A stretch of DNA of 63,896 nt, filler included, from Collodictyon triciliatum (lineage: Eukaryota): NCBI GenBank assembly GCA_043381765.1. It is 14 parts of 14 records of this genome, joined end to end, with 100 filler letters (N's around TTAATTAATTAA, not from the genome) between each part and the next. Parts side by side here need not be neighbours in the genome. Positions count along the whole stretch, not along the records: positions 22,871 to 27,342 come from JBHJMP010006055.1; positions 27,443 to 31,913 come from JBHJMP010006056.1; positions 32,014 to 36,484 come from JBHJMP010006057.1; positions 36,585 to 41,054 come from JBHJMP010006058.1; positions 41,155 to 45,621 come from JBHJMP010006059.1; 9 more parts are not named here. One strand, 5' to 3'. Position numbers and translations under genes: made by a program. Below the pieces are notes generated by a model. It worked only from the letters and a program-made list of their open reading frames with translations, was not told the origin of the DNA and searched no databases. The first letter of the stretch is position 1; each line of letters starts with the position of its first letter. Shown here piece after piece: positions 24,871 to 41,850 of this stretch.

Positions 24871-27133
24871 TCAATGTTTTGATTAAAATTGTGGGATATC
24901 TGATTTTTATACAAGACCTCCGAAATTCAAATGACTGAGTTGTTTAAGAAATAGATATACCCCATCATTGACATTTTGTGAAGAGAAGGCTGACGATTAA
25001 GTATGCAAACATCTCCGTCGACAAGATGTCTCTCAACCTTAAAATGCATGAGAAAGCATGTCGATAAAATAAGTAGAATTTGATATGAATTTCACATAAA
25101 ATCGAGTATATAGCTTGATTGATCTGAAAAAAAATCCTTCATTCGATTGAAGGAATTTGATCTGAAAATATAAAGTACATGGTAGTGATGAATTTTTAAT
25201 TATAATAATGATGATTATGGCTTACAACATCTCCATAATTTAGGGGAATATAAAAGTAGTCTTGTTTGAGGTTCAAATCCTCTCTAACACCATTCTCAGA
25301 GGTAATGTATCTAGCCCCAGGGTACTGGCTCGGACCCCTGTCAACCATCTTCTGGAGCTTGTTCTACATATGGTGGGGCGTTTCGTAGGGAAAAAAATGA
25401 ACACCCTAAAATAAAAATAAATTCCATAATAGACATATGCAACCATTCATTTTCGGTTAAATTTATTTACGATGACAAATTGAACTATGCATATTGTATA
25501 AAAGAGTGAAGCAAAAAGATATATGAAATGCGGCATTACCTTGTTGTGTTTGTTTGTTTTTTTTTCCTTTATTCGATTCAAAGTCCTTGTTGTGTTTGTT
25601 GACAATTTCAGGAACGGTCAATATATTCGCTATGGAACGAGGAACTCCAACCTCATCAATCTCAAGGTTTGGGTCTGGTGAGATGACTGTGCGGGCAGAA
25701 AAATCAACATGTTTTTCCGTGAGATTTTCTCGAATTCGGCCTTCTTTTCCTATCAGTCTTTGTTTGATTGACTTTAGCGGTTTTCCATTTTTGCAAAGCT
25801 TCTTCAACTCGCTATCATGATTTTCGTCGTTATCCATATATGTCGCCACGAGAAACTGCAGTTCTTCCAAGACGGTTTTGAGTTCATGCTCTGGACTTCC
25901 CTTCTCCTCCAGTTCTTTGTATTGCGCATTTAGCTTAAGAATCCCAGAAATGAAATAGGTCAGGTCGTCTTCTGTTCGCAAGGATGAGCCCACCGTCACA
26001 AACGGACGAACGCAGATTGGAGGAACTGGTAGATTTGTGATGACGAGCCACTCAGGGCGGCAGAACTCTGGATTCAAGCCGAGGACAAGGCAATGTTGGT
26101 CTGATATTCCCTTAAATACGTCGTGGACACATTCTGCAGAGAATTCTGACCCATTCAGAACGGGTTGTCGGTTTTGGGTCGCAGCTGCGTTGGCCTGGAC
26201 TTCAGCCCCAGTGTTTCCTGCCTCAGTACCACTGTGTGTTGTTCTCGGGCGCCACTTTGCGCGGATCTTAAGAACTTTCTTAGAGAACTTTGGCTGCTCA
26301 TAATTGCAGTGAGGGCACCTTCGAACAGCGGTGCATCGTTTCCTGATTTCCTTGAATCAGTTTTTTCTGTTCCCTGTGGATGCAACGAAAAGATGCCTGT
26401 TTTCGTCATGATTCTGATTGTGGTTTAAATAATTTTCACATATTGCAACCATAAATTGCAGATAAAAAAAAAACAGGATACCGTATATTAATTGAAAATG
26501 AAATACAGTTACATAAACAAGAATGTAAATAAGTAGAATGAAAGGGAGAGAGTGGAAGAGAAAATAATGTGCTTTGTATGAGAAAAAGTGATATGATCGT
26601 ATTTAACTCAAGTCTTAAAACTATTTAGTACTAAATTTTGATGAGAATAAATCAGAAAATTCTAAACAACTTTTTTTGCTTCATAAAAATAAAGTTAACC
26701 TCATCCAAAAGAATTTTGGAGCAATTGATGCAGACACACTTGAGGATTTCTACACAGGCATTCATGAATCCAATGTGAAAGACACGTCTGGCTAGTCTTA
26801 TGTACCCGAAATGACCAGGGCAAGAGTCGTAGTCCAGGTGGCAAGTTTCACCATTCAAACTATAATGTGGTTGTGAGTGAATGAATTCATGACTGAACTT
26901 ACAATATCTAAAATAAAACTATAAGACACTACTTTATTTAAATTTGATAAGCGTCATAGAAAACATGGATAGAAAATGAATCAGAAACAAATGATTTCCC
27001 TAAGAAAAACTATTCAAGGCTTTTACCTATGGTGTGCACCAATCTTCAGGTCATACGAACCTTGGGAAACCGGCTTCGCACTCACAGGATCAAACAGGTG
27101 ACTCTCAGTAACTTCCACAGCCCCCATATCGGC
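23087..27133 (-). pseudogene. Divergent RNA polymerase II largest subunit (RPB1)-like paralog, N-terminal half; probably inactivated
   Basis: Motifs [65 protein letters not shown] and RTLPHF. The active site reads [11 protein letters not shown]. There is an in-frame TGA at 26357-26359 and a 46-nt frameshifting insertion at 25539-25584. Confidence 0.85.
25539..25600 (-). mobile_element. 30-nt retroposon-tail insertion with a perfect 16-bp TSD
   Basis: CCTTGTTGTGTTTGTT occurs at 25539-25554 and 25585-25600. The insert between them reads ACTTTGAATCGAATAAAGGAAAAAAAAACA on the minus strand. Confidence 0.85.
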
Positions 27134-27621
27134 CTAATACACATGGAGTATGAAGGTGTATATATGACGAAATTATGAAAGGGAGATAATATTTATGTGT
27201 ATAAAAAGTTTCATGCAGATTCTCTGAAGGATTACCAAGGTGTAACCCCAAAGACTCCACAAGAGGCTCCCCTTCCACTGCGGACAAAGACCCAAACGTG
27301 CCCTCCAACTCGGCAGGCACGCTCACAGGCAAAGCCGCACCCNNNNNNNNNNNNNNNNNNNNNNNNNNNNNNNNNNNNNNNNNNNNTTAATTAATTAANN
27401 NNNNNNNNNNNNNNNNNNNNNNNNNNNNNNNNNNNNNNNNNNTCTTCTTCTTCTTCTTCTTCTTCTTCTTCTTCTTCTTCTTCTTCTTCTTCTTCTTCTT
27501 CTTCTTCTTCTTCTTCTTCTTCTTCTTCTTCTTCTTCCTCTTCCTCTTCCTCTTCCTCTTCCTCTTCCTCTTCTTCTTCTTACCCTCTCTTTTGCTACCC
27601 GGACCAGATTTTTCCTTCCAG

Positions 27622-28290
27622 CCTATCCGCGAAAGCCGCGGGTGGAATCTGCGAGACTGCCGCCCGGCATTCCCATGGGAAACGGACGTGAAGGGGATGT
27701 GGGTTCTGATGGCAGCCGTTTCCAGCGATATCGGACTCATCTCATACACCATCCGCAAAGCAGGCGTGAATCCTGCGTTCATGAGCGACTTCCTCAACGG
27801 CGTCGTGGCCCTTGTAGAGCGCAACAGTGGATTGGCGTCCCATAGACTCTTTGTGGTGGACGCGCCTTCAGGCGACTCAACCCGTGACGGACGAGAATGC
27901 TACTTCCCGGGCCTAGTCGGAATCCACATTGCCACGCTCCCGCCATACTCTGCTTTTCTGAGCCCCCTGGACGAGGCCTTTGCCGCGTGGAAGCATCGCT
28001 TCTGCGAGTTCATCCACCAGACCGACGAGATTGCGGGTCACCGCACGGCCGAGGATCTGATTCGCGAGGCGTCCAAGGAACTCACCAGTGCCTGCTGCTT
28101 CAAGTGGATGGACACTGTCCGTCGCTTCTGGCCCGAATGTGCAGACTCGAAGTCCATCTCGGCAGAAATGATTGTGGAGCGGGCACAGGAAACACCCGAT
28201 GTGTTCCCACTACATCACCACCCGCGCACGCTGTATCTCTCGGAGAACGAAGTGTCCTTCATGGCGCCGCCTCTTGCCCATGATGGCTGA
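27622..28290 (+). CDS. IS630/Tc1-mariner DDE-domain-derived terminal exon
   Basis: VLMAAVS...GL, FVVDAPS and LPPYSAFLSPLDEAFAAWK match the DDE_3 pattern (DNA; LPPYSPxLNPIE). It is preceded by a pyrimidine tract and a cag acceptor at 27621. The frame is uninterrupted and no TIR was seen. Confidence 0.7.
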   Translation, partial: PIRESRGWNLRDCRPAFPWETDVKGMWVLMAAVSSDIGLISYTIRKAGVNPAFMSDFLNGVVALVERNSGLASHRLFVVDAPSGDSTRDGRECYFPGLVGIHIATLPPYSAFLSPLDEAFAAWKHRFCEFIHQTDEIAGHRTAEDLIREASKELTSACCFKWMDTVRRFWPECADSKSISAEMIVERAQETPDVFPLHHHPRTLYLSENEVSFMAPPLAHDG

Positions 28291-28673
28291 CCTGTCTGCG
28301 CTGCTACCTCTTGTCTTGGGCTTGCCTTTCATTATTGCAAACTTAACTTTTAGGATATCTCCAGTTTTTCTATAGTCCCGACTTTTTTTTTTATCACTCT
28401 ATATTGTTTTGTTTTGTTTTTCGTCTTAATCTTTGTCTTGCCTTTTTCTTTAGTTCTTTGATAAAACGAAAAGGGGATATGGATAGTGCAATTATACTAA
28501 TTTCGTTCAATGTTGTTCGCCGCTGCTGATGTTGAAAAATGGCGCTTGAGTTGCCCTTGCGTTGGTGATGTATATTTGGATTTATTTGGTTTATTGTTTG
28601 GTTTATTGTTTGGTTTATTGTTTTGTTTATTGTTCTTGTTGTGTGCTTGTCGATGGGATGTTTCGGTCCTTGC

Positions 28674-31600
28674 TCACATGCGAGAGCGCGCGATGGCTCC
28701 AATCACCACAACACCAGCCAAGATATAGGGGAGAATGCGTGAATTTTGCAGAGTCTCGATCAATTGGATGCGTCGGAGCTGTGTTGCATAATAAAGAAAC
28801 GGAAAGATTACATAGACAGATTGAAATATCGATAAGTCATCTTAAAAAAGAGAGAGAAAGAGAAAATGAAAGAGAGCTAAATTGTGCATGACGAATATGC
28901 GTCATTAAAAAAAGAAAAGCCAGGGGCACTTTTGTGTAGAAGATTTTAATCACAACTATATTTCCTTGTTATCTTTTTTGGTACAATACATAAGGGTGTA
29001 AAGAAAGCGATGCTTAGAGTGTTAGGTAGATAAACACCTTCTCATCCGTGTACGGTGGATAGCGCAGAGATGGGTCGAGAAAAGTGCCCTGTTAATATAG
29101 AAACTGCATATTAACTAATCGTCTATATTTACATAGTCATTTTGTATCCTATTATTTTAGGCTCGGTACGCAGCCTAGGGTGTGTTTTGTTTCATTTAAA
29201 ATTGTTTTCATAAAACTTCCAACTTGCACTAATTTATAGGAATGTACCGTTCGAAAGATTGGTTTGTAGTGGCTAAACGCATCAAATCCGGCCTACATGT
29301 GAACGAGTAATCATATTTTACGTTTTAGTATTCAAATGCGGTGGGCATTCCGACAACATGGTGTGATTGGCTCAAAAACCTTTGAGTGGTAGGCCCCCAT
29401 TCCGCTGCTTCCTACTCCGCCAAAGGGCAATGCGCCCGCAATTTGCATGATGGTATCGTTGATGGCAACGCCTCCGGAAGAAGTGCGAGCAATTACCTAG
29501 TTTTCGAATTTATCAGCATATGTATTGGAATATAACCGTTATGTGTAGCATTCTCTTCTTTGACAAGGTATTAAAGAGAAAAAAATGAGCCGAATCATAG
29601 AAAGGAAAAAGGTAAGTTTCTACACCTTTTCTTGTATCTTTTGGTCAGAGGTGAAGAGATAGAGGGCAAGAGGCTTCTCTCTAGGCGCATAAATTCACAG
29701 GTGCATGAATAGTGTTAGCATAGTCATTCTTTAAAATAAAATAAAAATGAAAATATAATAATTGAAAAGTAAAACTCCATGATAACTTTTATGCAATTGC
29801 ATTATAAATCAAATTTATTTAACCGGCAAGAACATTATGTTTTGTTGGATTAGTCATATCTCTATACAATTGTGTTTTGTTTGTCTCAAACCTTGCGTTG
29901 ATGAACCGAATAGCCTCATCAACATCCTTGATTGTGAGAACTGCGATGATTGGACCGAAAATTTCGGATTCCATCAGTTTCGACTCTGGCTTCACAAGTG
30001 CGATTGTAGGAGAGATGAATTTTTGGGCAACGTCAACGACTCCCCCGTGGACAATTTCGATGGAGCTATCCTCCAGCAGGCTGTGGCAAGTTTAAATTAA
30101 GTTCGAAGAAAGTGTATACATGTCAGATTCTGAAACCAGGGAGGAATATATAAATGCAGCAATTCATATCAAGTTGAAGCAACATATTTATATATGTACT
30201 TGGCCAGTCGCTTGCAGTGTCTCTCGTTGATTATGCGGGAGTAGTCAGAGCTGACCTTGGGGTCTTTCGAATAAAACTCTGCAATCGTTTCTTTCATATT
30301 TGCGATCTGCATATGAAAATAAGGGAATAAGACCAGTCGCTTCATGTTTGTATTGTGCCTTGAACGATAATACATCAAAAAGAAAAATCCATGAAGGATA
30401 GGCATTTTTTTTCTTTAAAGTAACATAACACAGCGCGAATGAAATCAAAGAAAAGCATACAAGTTCATCTCGAACACTTTCTTCCACCAAAATGTAATCA
30501 GGAGACACACAAGTTTGACCGTTGTTCATAGAATACTACGAAAAAAATCAAAAATATCAATCCCTGCGCTTTTTCTTTAAAATAATATTAATAATCGGCA
30601 ACATGCTGTGTTTTACACCGATTTTTATATTGTCTTGGTAGCATGATTGAAACTAAAATTGAAATGACCAACCTTTCCCCATACAATTCGGCGAGCGGCA
30701 ACTTTCAGATTGGCATCAGCAGTAACAATAGTTGGGTTTTTACCTTAATGGGGGAATAGGAGATAATGAAAGGAAGTGGCACATCAAAAATAATCTGATT
30801 AGATATAAAATCGAGAGGGATAACAGACATAGGAGAAGTGGGATGCCTGACAAATTTTTGTAATAAAAAGTAATAAAATACTACTAAATAGAATTTAAAT
30901 TTTTTTTTTAAAAAAAAAAAAAGAAAGGAGAGCTTCATTTTGCCAAAGTACCTCCAAGTTCCAACACAACAGGAGTCAAATGTTTTGCTGCTGCTTGCAT
31001 AACAATACGACCAACCTCGGTGTTTCCTGTATAGAAAATAAGATCGTATCTTTCTGCAAGAACAATGGATGTAACGCCAGCGTCCCCTTCAACCTATTTA
31101 GACCAGTGTTGCATGTTAAGATTCTAAATCAAATTTTTGTCATATGTAATGGAAATCGTGCTCATTTGTCTCTTAGTTAGCATGTGTATACCACAGCGAA
31201 GCAGTCATTATCCAAATACTTTGGAATCAGTCTTGAAATCAGCGCACTCACATTTACGGATACCTGTTTTAATTGTCAAATTCAAGAGTATTTTGTCAAA
31301 ATTAGTGACTGAGTATGCGAATCAAAAATGATATCGGGGTGCTTTTAAGTTGATGGTACCTCGGAGGGTTTGATGAGCACGCAATTTCCAGCACAAATGG
31401 CAGCAATCAGGGGGGAAATAATGAGGCTCACTGGATAGTTCTATACAGCATTTTATGAACGAATAACAGATATAAATGCGCAACAATACAGTCAATCTTA
31501 TGAAAAATGCTTCGGCCTTCTATAAACCCGTTAGGATAGGATAATTTTAAAAAAAAATTGTATATTATCTGGGTCAATTAAAAGTTGGGAGAAACTTACC

Positions 31601-31731
31601 CAAGGAGAGATAATCAGCACCAAGCCATATGGTTCAGGTCTGCAATAAGACTTTGCAAAGGCAGCAGCTGGCGGATTAGGGTAAACGACTTCCTTGACCC
31701 ACTGATGAACGTGCTCCCTCGCCTCCTTTAG
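28674..31731 (-). CDS. ALDH3: Aldehyde dehydrogenase family 3 (fatty aldehyde dehydrogenase-like), 5'-partial
   Basis: [48 protein letters not shown] (catalytic Cys), [20 protein letters not shown] and LRYPPY. The last exon ends ...[12 protein letters not shown]. Confidence 0.92.
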
Positions 31732-31817
31732 CTGGTGAGATAATTAAGTGGTTGTGATTGTAATGTGGATATTCAGTAATGAATGGTGATATTAATAAAT
31801 AAATAAAAAAAAATATT

Positions 31818-31913
<96 letters not shown>

Positions 31914-32170
31914 NNNNNNNNNNNNNNNNNNNNNNNNNNNNNNNNNNNNNNNNNNNNTTAATTAATTAANNNNNNNNNNNNNNNNNNNNNNNNNNNNNNN
32001 NNNNNNNNNNNNNCTTTCTCTTTCTCTTTCTCTTTCTCTTTCTCTTTCTCTTTCTCTTTCTCTTTCTCTTTCTCTTTCTCTTTCTCTTTCTCTTTCTCTT
32101 TCTCTTTTTTTTCCTACCCTTTCCCTTCCTTCCCCTTCTAAATAACGTAAAGATCCATCGTCAGCAGAAA

Positions 32171-36240
<4,070 letters not shown>

Positions 36241-36602
36241 ATTAGAAATGAAACCAAACAATTTTCTCTGCCTTCTTGATAGTATCAACATTTTGCGTAA
36301 TATGCTGCCAACATCTGAACTAATCCCACATGATTATACGTCAATCCTCATCTAGATTTCAGATTTATCCCTGGCGTACATCATCCCACACAAAAATGAA
36401 GTGATATCACCAAGAAAGCCATTAAAATCAAATCCGATTCTTACATGCCCTTTTCAATCCTGGTCAGACAATATAACCTCCCTGNNNNNNNNNNNNNNNN
36501 NNNNNNNNNNNNNNNNNNNNNNNNNNNNTTAATTAATTAANNNNNNNNNNNNNNNNNNNNNNNNNNNNNNNNNNNNNNNNNNNNTTTTTTTTTTTCCTAT
36601 AG

Positions 36603-37045
36603 GAAAGAGCTGCGAACGTCAAGCGCCGTCAGGGCAGCGCGGTCGAAATTGATGACTGTACATTCCACCAATGCGTGCGTCTTGGAAAGTTCGACAGTGA
36701 CCGCACCATCAGCTTCATCCCACCAGATGGAGAGTTTGAGTTGATGAAGTAAGCATGGATGGAATATACCTTATTGAAGTCAACGCTAATGGTGTCCCTT
36801 GAGAAAATCAGAGCACTCTGGATGCCCCAAAGCGAGCATACTGATTTTTTTTTAAAAAAAAATGATGCTGTGTCGCAGGTATCGCACCACCCAAACAGTC
36901 AATCTCCCCTTCAAGGTCATCCCTCTCATCAAGGAGCTCGGTCGCACGTGAGTGCCAAAATAATTGTTATAGCTATTTACTTTCTGTTCGGAAAGGACCA
37001 CCATCTGTAGGTTCATGATTTGATAATCGTACACGACTTTTGTTT

Positions 37046-37099
<54 letters not shown>

Positions 37100-37991
37100 T
37101 ATCACCACATTTCAGCCGTGTCGAAGTCAAGGTTACAGTGAAGTCTCAATTCGGGCCCCAACTCTACGCAAACAACGGTATTAAACCGCCTATATGTATT
37201 CTTGGCACCCTTTATCCGATTTCTTTTCGTTGCTTTGTAACAGCCAAGGATTAATTTCTGTGATATAATATATCACCTGTGGTACAAGATACAATGTTAA
37301 TCACTACCATATATACTCTAAACAAACAAACAAACAAACAAACAAACAAACAAACAAACAAACCCCCACTCAGTGGTGGTCAAGATTCCCACTCCAAAGA
37401 ACACTGCCATTTGCCGCATCTCCACCCCTGTTGGAAAGGCCAAGTACACGCCTGAGACGTCTTGTATTGTCTGGAAGTGAGTAGCAGAACAGTCGACATG
37501 CTGCATCATCCTGGCTCCTTCCACACATTTTTGTTTTTGCTTCTTTTTTTTCTTCTTTTCTTTAAATGAAAAAAAAGAGAAGGCTTTTCTCCTGCCCCCG
37601 AAGAGAACTCGTCACCAACATACGCGCCTCGCAATAGGATCAAAAAGTTTGCCGGGGACAGCGAAGTCACCCTCGGAGCCGACGTCGAGCTCGTCGCCAC
37701 CACGCTGGATCGCAAGCCGTGGTCGCGCCCGCCAATCTCGATGGAGTTCCAAGTCAACATGTTTGCGGCGTCGGGCCTGCAAGTGAGTGCGAGGCAAATA
37801 GCAATCTCCACGCCAAGGCCACAATCGGAGTCAATCCCTTCTAACCCTCATCTCTCTTTTCTTCCCCCTCCCTGCGCTGCCGCCACCATCGCCAGGTTCG
37901 CTTCCTCAAGATCTTTGAGAAGAGCAACTACATCCCCGTCAAGTGGGTGCGCTACCTCACCAAGGGCGGCGTCTACGAAGTCCGCATCTAA
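36603..37991 (+). CDS. AP2M1: AP-2 complex subunit mu, 3' part
   Basis: [64 protein letters not shown] and [16 protein letters not shown]. Confidence 0.93.
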
Positions 37992-38236
37992 GCCGGCCTC
38001 GTCCCTGAACCGCGGCAATAAAGACAAAAGAGGCGGGACACACAGCGCAGCCCGCTCGCAAAATATGCGATGCGATGCAAACTTTCTTGTGTGTTTGTGT
38101 GTGTCTGCTTGTCTGTCTGTTTTGTTTGATTGGCCGACGCCTTCGAGAGGGAGTGGAAGCCAGTTGCAGCAGATCGGCCGTTGCCCCAGCCTGGCGGCAT
38201 GTGCGGTCTGCGGTTTTATTCTCTGCGGCGTGCGGG

Positions 38237-40221
38237 TTACTTGCCAGCCGAGTCCAGGCCGACGAGGATGTTGCCGGACGGGGGAAGGTAGGTGATGTTT
38301 CTGCTGCGGGCGAGTGCCTCGGCAATTTCGCGGGCGGCCTCTGTCGAGAGAGAAGGATGGAAAGAAGCATTGAGCAGAAATGGCCATGAGTGTGAATGTG
38401 CGTGTGTGTGTATGTGTGTGTATGTGTGTGTATGTGTGTGTATGTGTGTGTATGTGTGTGTGTATGTGTGTGTATGTGTGTGTGTTAAAACCTATGCGGC
38501 GCAACGTGATGTACTCTCGGCCGTAGGATGACATGGCGTCGTTAATCTGATTGGGGTCATGCGCCTCAGTTTGTAGGGTGGTGTGTATTGTATTGTATTG
38601 TATTGTATTGTATTGTATTGTATTGTATTGTGTACCAGCTTAGCTGCCTCTGTTTGACCCTCAGCCTGGATGACAGCAGCGAGTTGTTCTTGCTCATTCT
38701 GTGCAGACAAGTAAGGAGTGGCAGTGTCAGTTTTTTTTCTCTTTGGGTGGTGGCTAGACTTTTGCTCGAGAGAGTTGCCGAGTAAGTATTTGCAACAACA
38801 ATTGGTCAATAGCCAACCTTCTGTACGACGTATTTCTGGCGCTCGGCTTTCTGTTGCTCTGTAGAATATTTTGCGTGTTTATTTGGACATTCAAGTGCTC
38901 ATTTATTTTGTGACATTTCATAATAGCTTTAATAATCCAACACCGATTCATGAGCCTAATTAGGAACATGAACATAGAAGGAAAAAGAGAGGCAGAAAGG
39001 GGCTGGTTTCTCCCCCCCCCCCCCCCCCCCATCAATATACTTCATACTCACCGACTTGCTTTCTCTCAATAGCAAAAGCGAAATCGTTTCCAAATTTCAA
39101 ATGGGTCTACATGAATGAAAGGGAATGGAAAGAAAGCAGCATTACGAGAAAAAAAAAATAAGATACTTAAATTTAAATAAGCTAAATTGGATATTCATCT
39201 ATAAAAATAAAGTCATGGAATTCAATAAGGTTGTCCCTCCATAGCCACAAGAGGATAAATCATGATACACTTACGATCGAAACGTCGTCCAACTCAATAC
39301 TAAACTCAGATGCTCTTTGAGTGAGATTTTCACGGATCTGACGGGAAACTTGCTCTCTTTGGGTGATGAGTTCTCCAGCATCATACTGCGCAACAACAGC
39401 CTTGATGACTTCATTGCCAATGTACGGAAGGATGTTACCTTGGTAGTCTTGTCCATACTTTTTGTGGATTTCAGGGATGTCCTGAATGCGCGGTCGGAAG
39501 AGGACTCTGACGACAAGGTTAACAACCTGCATATCTGAAAACGGGAAGTTTTAGGGAAAATGTAAACATATTCAAAAATGAAATAGAATGCAATAAAGTT
39601 TCTTCTATAATTTTTTTTTTTTTTTTACAAAAAAGAAAAAAAAAGCCTCGTTATTCAAGTTATGCAAGGGTATTCTTCTAAATTGCTCTGGATATACTTT
39701 AGAGAAAACCAAAGTCGAGAAAAATATAACAGCCAAAATACTATTGATTTTCTCGCCAATATGGTGTTTACAATAAGGGTATGAGACTGTATAGATCAAG
39801 GTCACAACTGACCTTTGCATCCAGTGCTTGCTTGGATTTGGAAGGGTTGAGTTCTCACGTCATAGATATAAGCTCTCTCGACCCATGGAATCAAAAAGCG
39901 AAACCCTTCGTCGTAGACTTTGTTCTGAACACCATCGAATCTGCTGAAAATGATGCTTCGATGTCCAGCGTCGACTGGAAGATGTAGTTGTTGAGAGAGA
40001 TAATAGAGAGGAACCGAAAACCCACATAGGATTCTTGTCAAGTCGTTGTTTTTTTTCTTTCATTTTCTTAACTTATCCTAAAGTTTTAGATGGAATAAAA
40101 AAAAAAAAGGGATGGTAAAAAAACTTGTGCACAACTTACCTAGGTATAGAGAGGAGGCAACGGCACCAATGCCACCCAAACCAACAAGCCCAAACAAACC
40201 TCGGAGTACGGGCGACGCCAT
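38237..40221 (-). CDS. PHB: Prohibitin, complete and multi-exon
   Basis: [12 protein letters not shown]...|[69 protein letters not shown]...NITYLP; stop at 38237-38239. Confidence 0.93.
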
Positions 40222-40779
40222 GTGTATTCTCTTCCTTTTTTTTTTCTCTAAGTCGGTATTATATTGTTAAACGGTTTACTCTCTGCGAGGCCACGGACAA
40301 AGCAAAGATAATCCCAGACACGAACTTATGCCGCTTAAATGTAAAGAAATGGGACGGCTCGTTCTTGGCTGGACTGGATCTCCAAGCCGACCCTCACTTG
40401 TGGCGCTCGCCTTCTTAGAGCCCACATTCTCAAGGACACGCTCCTGTTTCTTTTGGATGGTGATTCATCTGCGATCTGATGGTCTTCTGGATATGGAACA
40501 AACAATGAAAGAGTCCCAATCAAGCATTTGGCCACACTTAGCAAATTAAGTTAGGTATATAATATGTACTTATACTGAATTCTAGTTTATCAAGGGATAA
40601 TATTGAATATTATAGAAATTTGACACAATAGATATATATTTTCCGCATATAATTTAAACCTTTTCTTCCTTCACAAGGACAAAGGGTGGAAGCGAAGCTT
40701 ACTTGTTGGGCGACCGAGCAGAAGTACCCAGGCCATGGCGGTTCTCAACTTCGCTTCACTTGCTCAAAGACATAGAAAG

Positions 40780-41054
40780 TACATGGAATATCAAGTAAGC
40801 GGGACACTCCGTGCTATGATTTTCTACGACCTGGAGAAAGCATATGACTATGTGAACCACGAAGCACTGGAAACCATCCTACACAAAAGAGACTTCTGTA
40901 CCGGATTCACCAGTCTTATCAAGAAACTGCACGACAATACAACAGCGAGGTACTCACGGCACACGGACCTACGGATGCAATTCAAAGACAGAGCGGGGTG
41001 TATCAAGGCTGCCCACTTGCACCACTGCTCTTCAACTTTGTCGCTGACTGCCTT
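40780..41054 (+). mobile_element. Second copy of the L1/Tx1-like RT fragment (5'-truncated, frameshifted)
   Basis: It is near-identical to 11493-11767 (minus strand): about 13 substitutions and one deletion in ~275 nt by manual count. Confidence 0.92.
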
Positions 41055-41156
41055 NNNNNNNNNNNNNNNNNNNNNNNNNNNNNNNNNNNNNNNNNNNNTT
41101 AATTAATTAANNNNNNNNNNNNNNNNNNNNNNNNNNNNNNNNNNNNNNNNNNNNCG

Positions 41157-41187
<31 letters not shown>

Positions 41188-41388
41188 AAAAAGGGCAAAA
41201 AAATGGACAAAAAAAAGTTAATTCTAACTTCAAAGGACCTAGATCCTCGAAAGATTGAAAGGGCTGCCTCTCTAAAATCGGGCCTTCATATTCGCTATGT
41301 TTTCTTTGGATAATAAGCTGCGCCAAAGTGGAAAGCTTTGTCTTTTTCTTATTTTTCTCTGGTTCAGGGTTGCTCGGGCAACGCCGCT

Positions 41389-41789
41389 ATGTTTCACACA
41401 CACCACGAAAAGACGGACGCATTCACGAAGAAGGCGTGGTCTCTTGAAGAGGATCGCATACTCGTCGATTTGGTCGTCTCTTTTGGGGCGCAGAAGTGGA
41501 ATGCCATCGCCACAAAACTCCCTGGGAGAACGGGGAAACAATGTCGAGAAAGGTCTGAAGTCTCAACCCAGCCAAAAAAATGCTTTTGTTGTATACTTAG
41601 TCCAAAAGAAGAGATGACTGAAGTCGCCTTTTTTTCTTTTTATCAATTTTGCAACATACATATTACGAGGTTATTTTTTTAAGTAAGCGAAAAGGGAATC
41701 ATAATCATTCAATTTAACATAGAATAGACCATCACCATTTAAAGTGTATATTTAGTTTTTGTTTTTTTTTTTGTTTTTTTGTTTTTTTT

Positions 41790-41850
<61 letters not shown>

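Noticed and set aside
26357-26359. Stop-codon reassignment (TGA in the RPB1-like gene, TAG in ADH)
   Set aside because: Both genes also carry frameshifts, and intact genes here end in TGA (ALDH3, TRAPPC13) or TAA with no internal stops seen.
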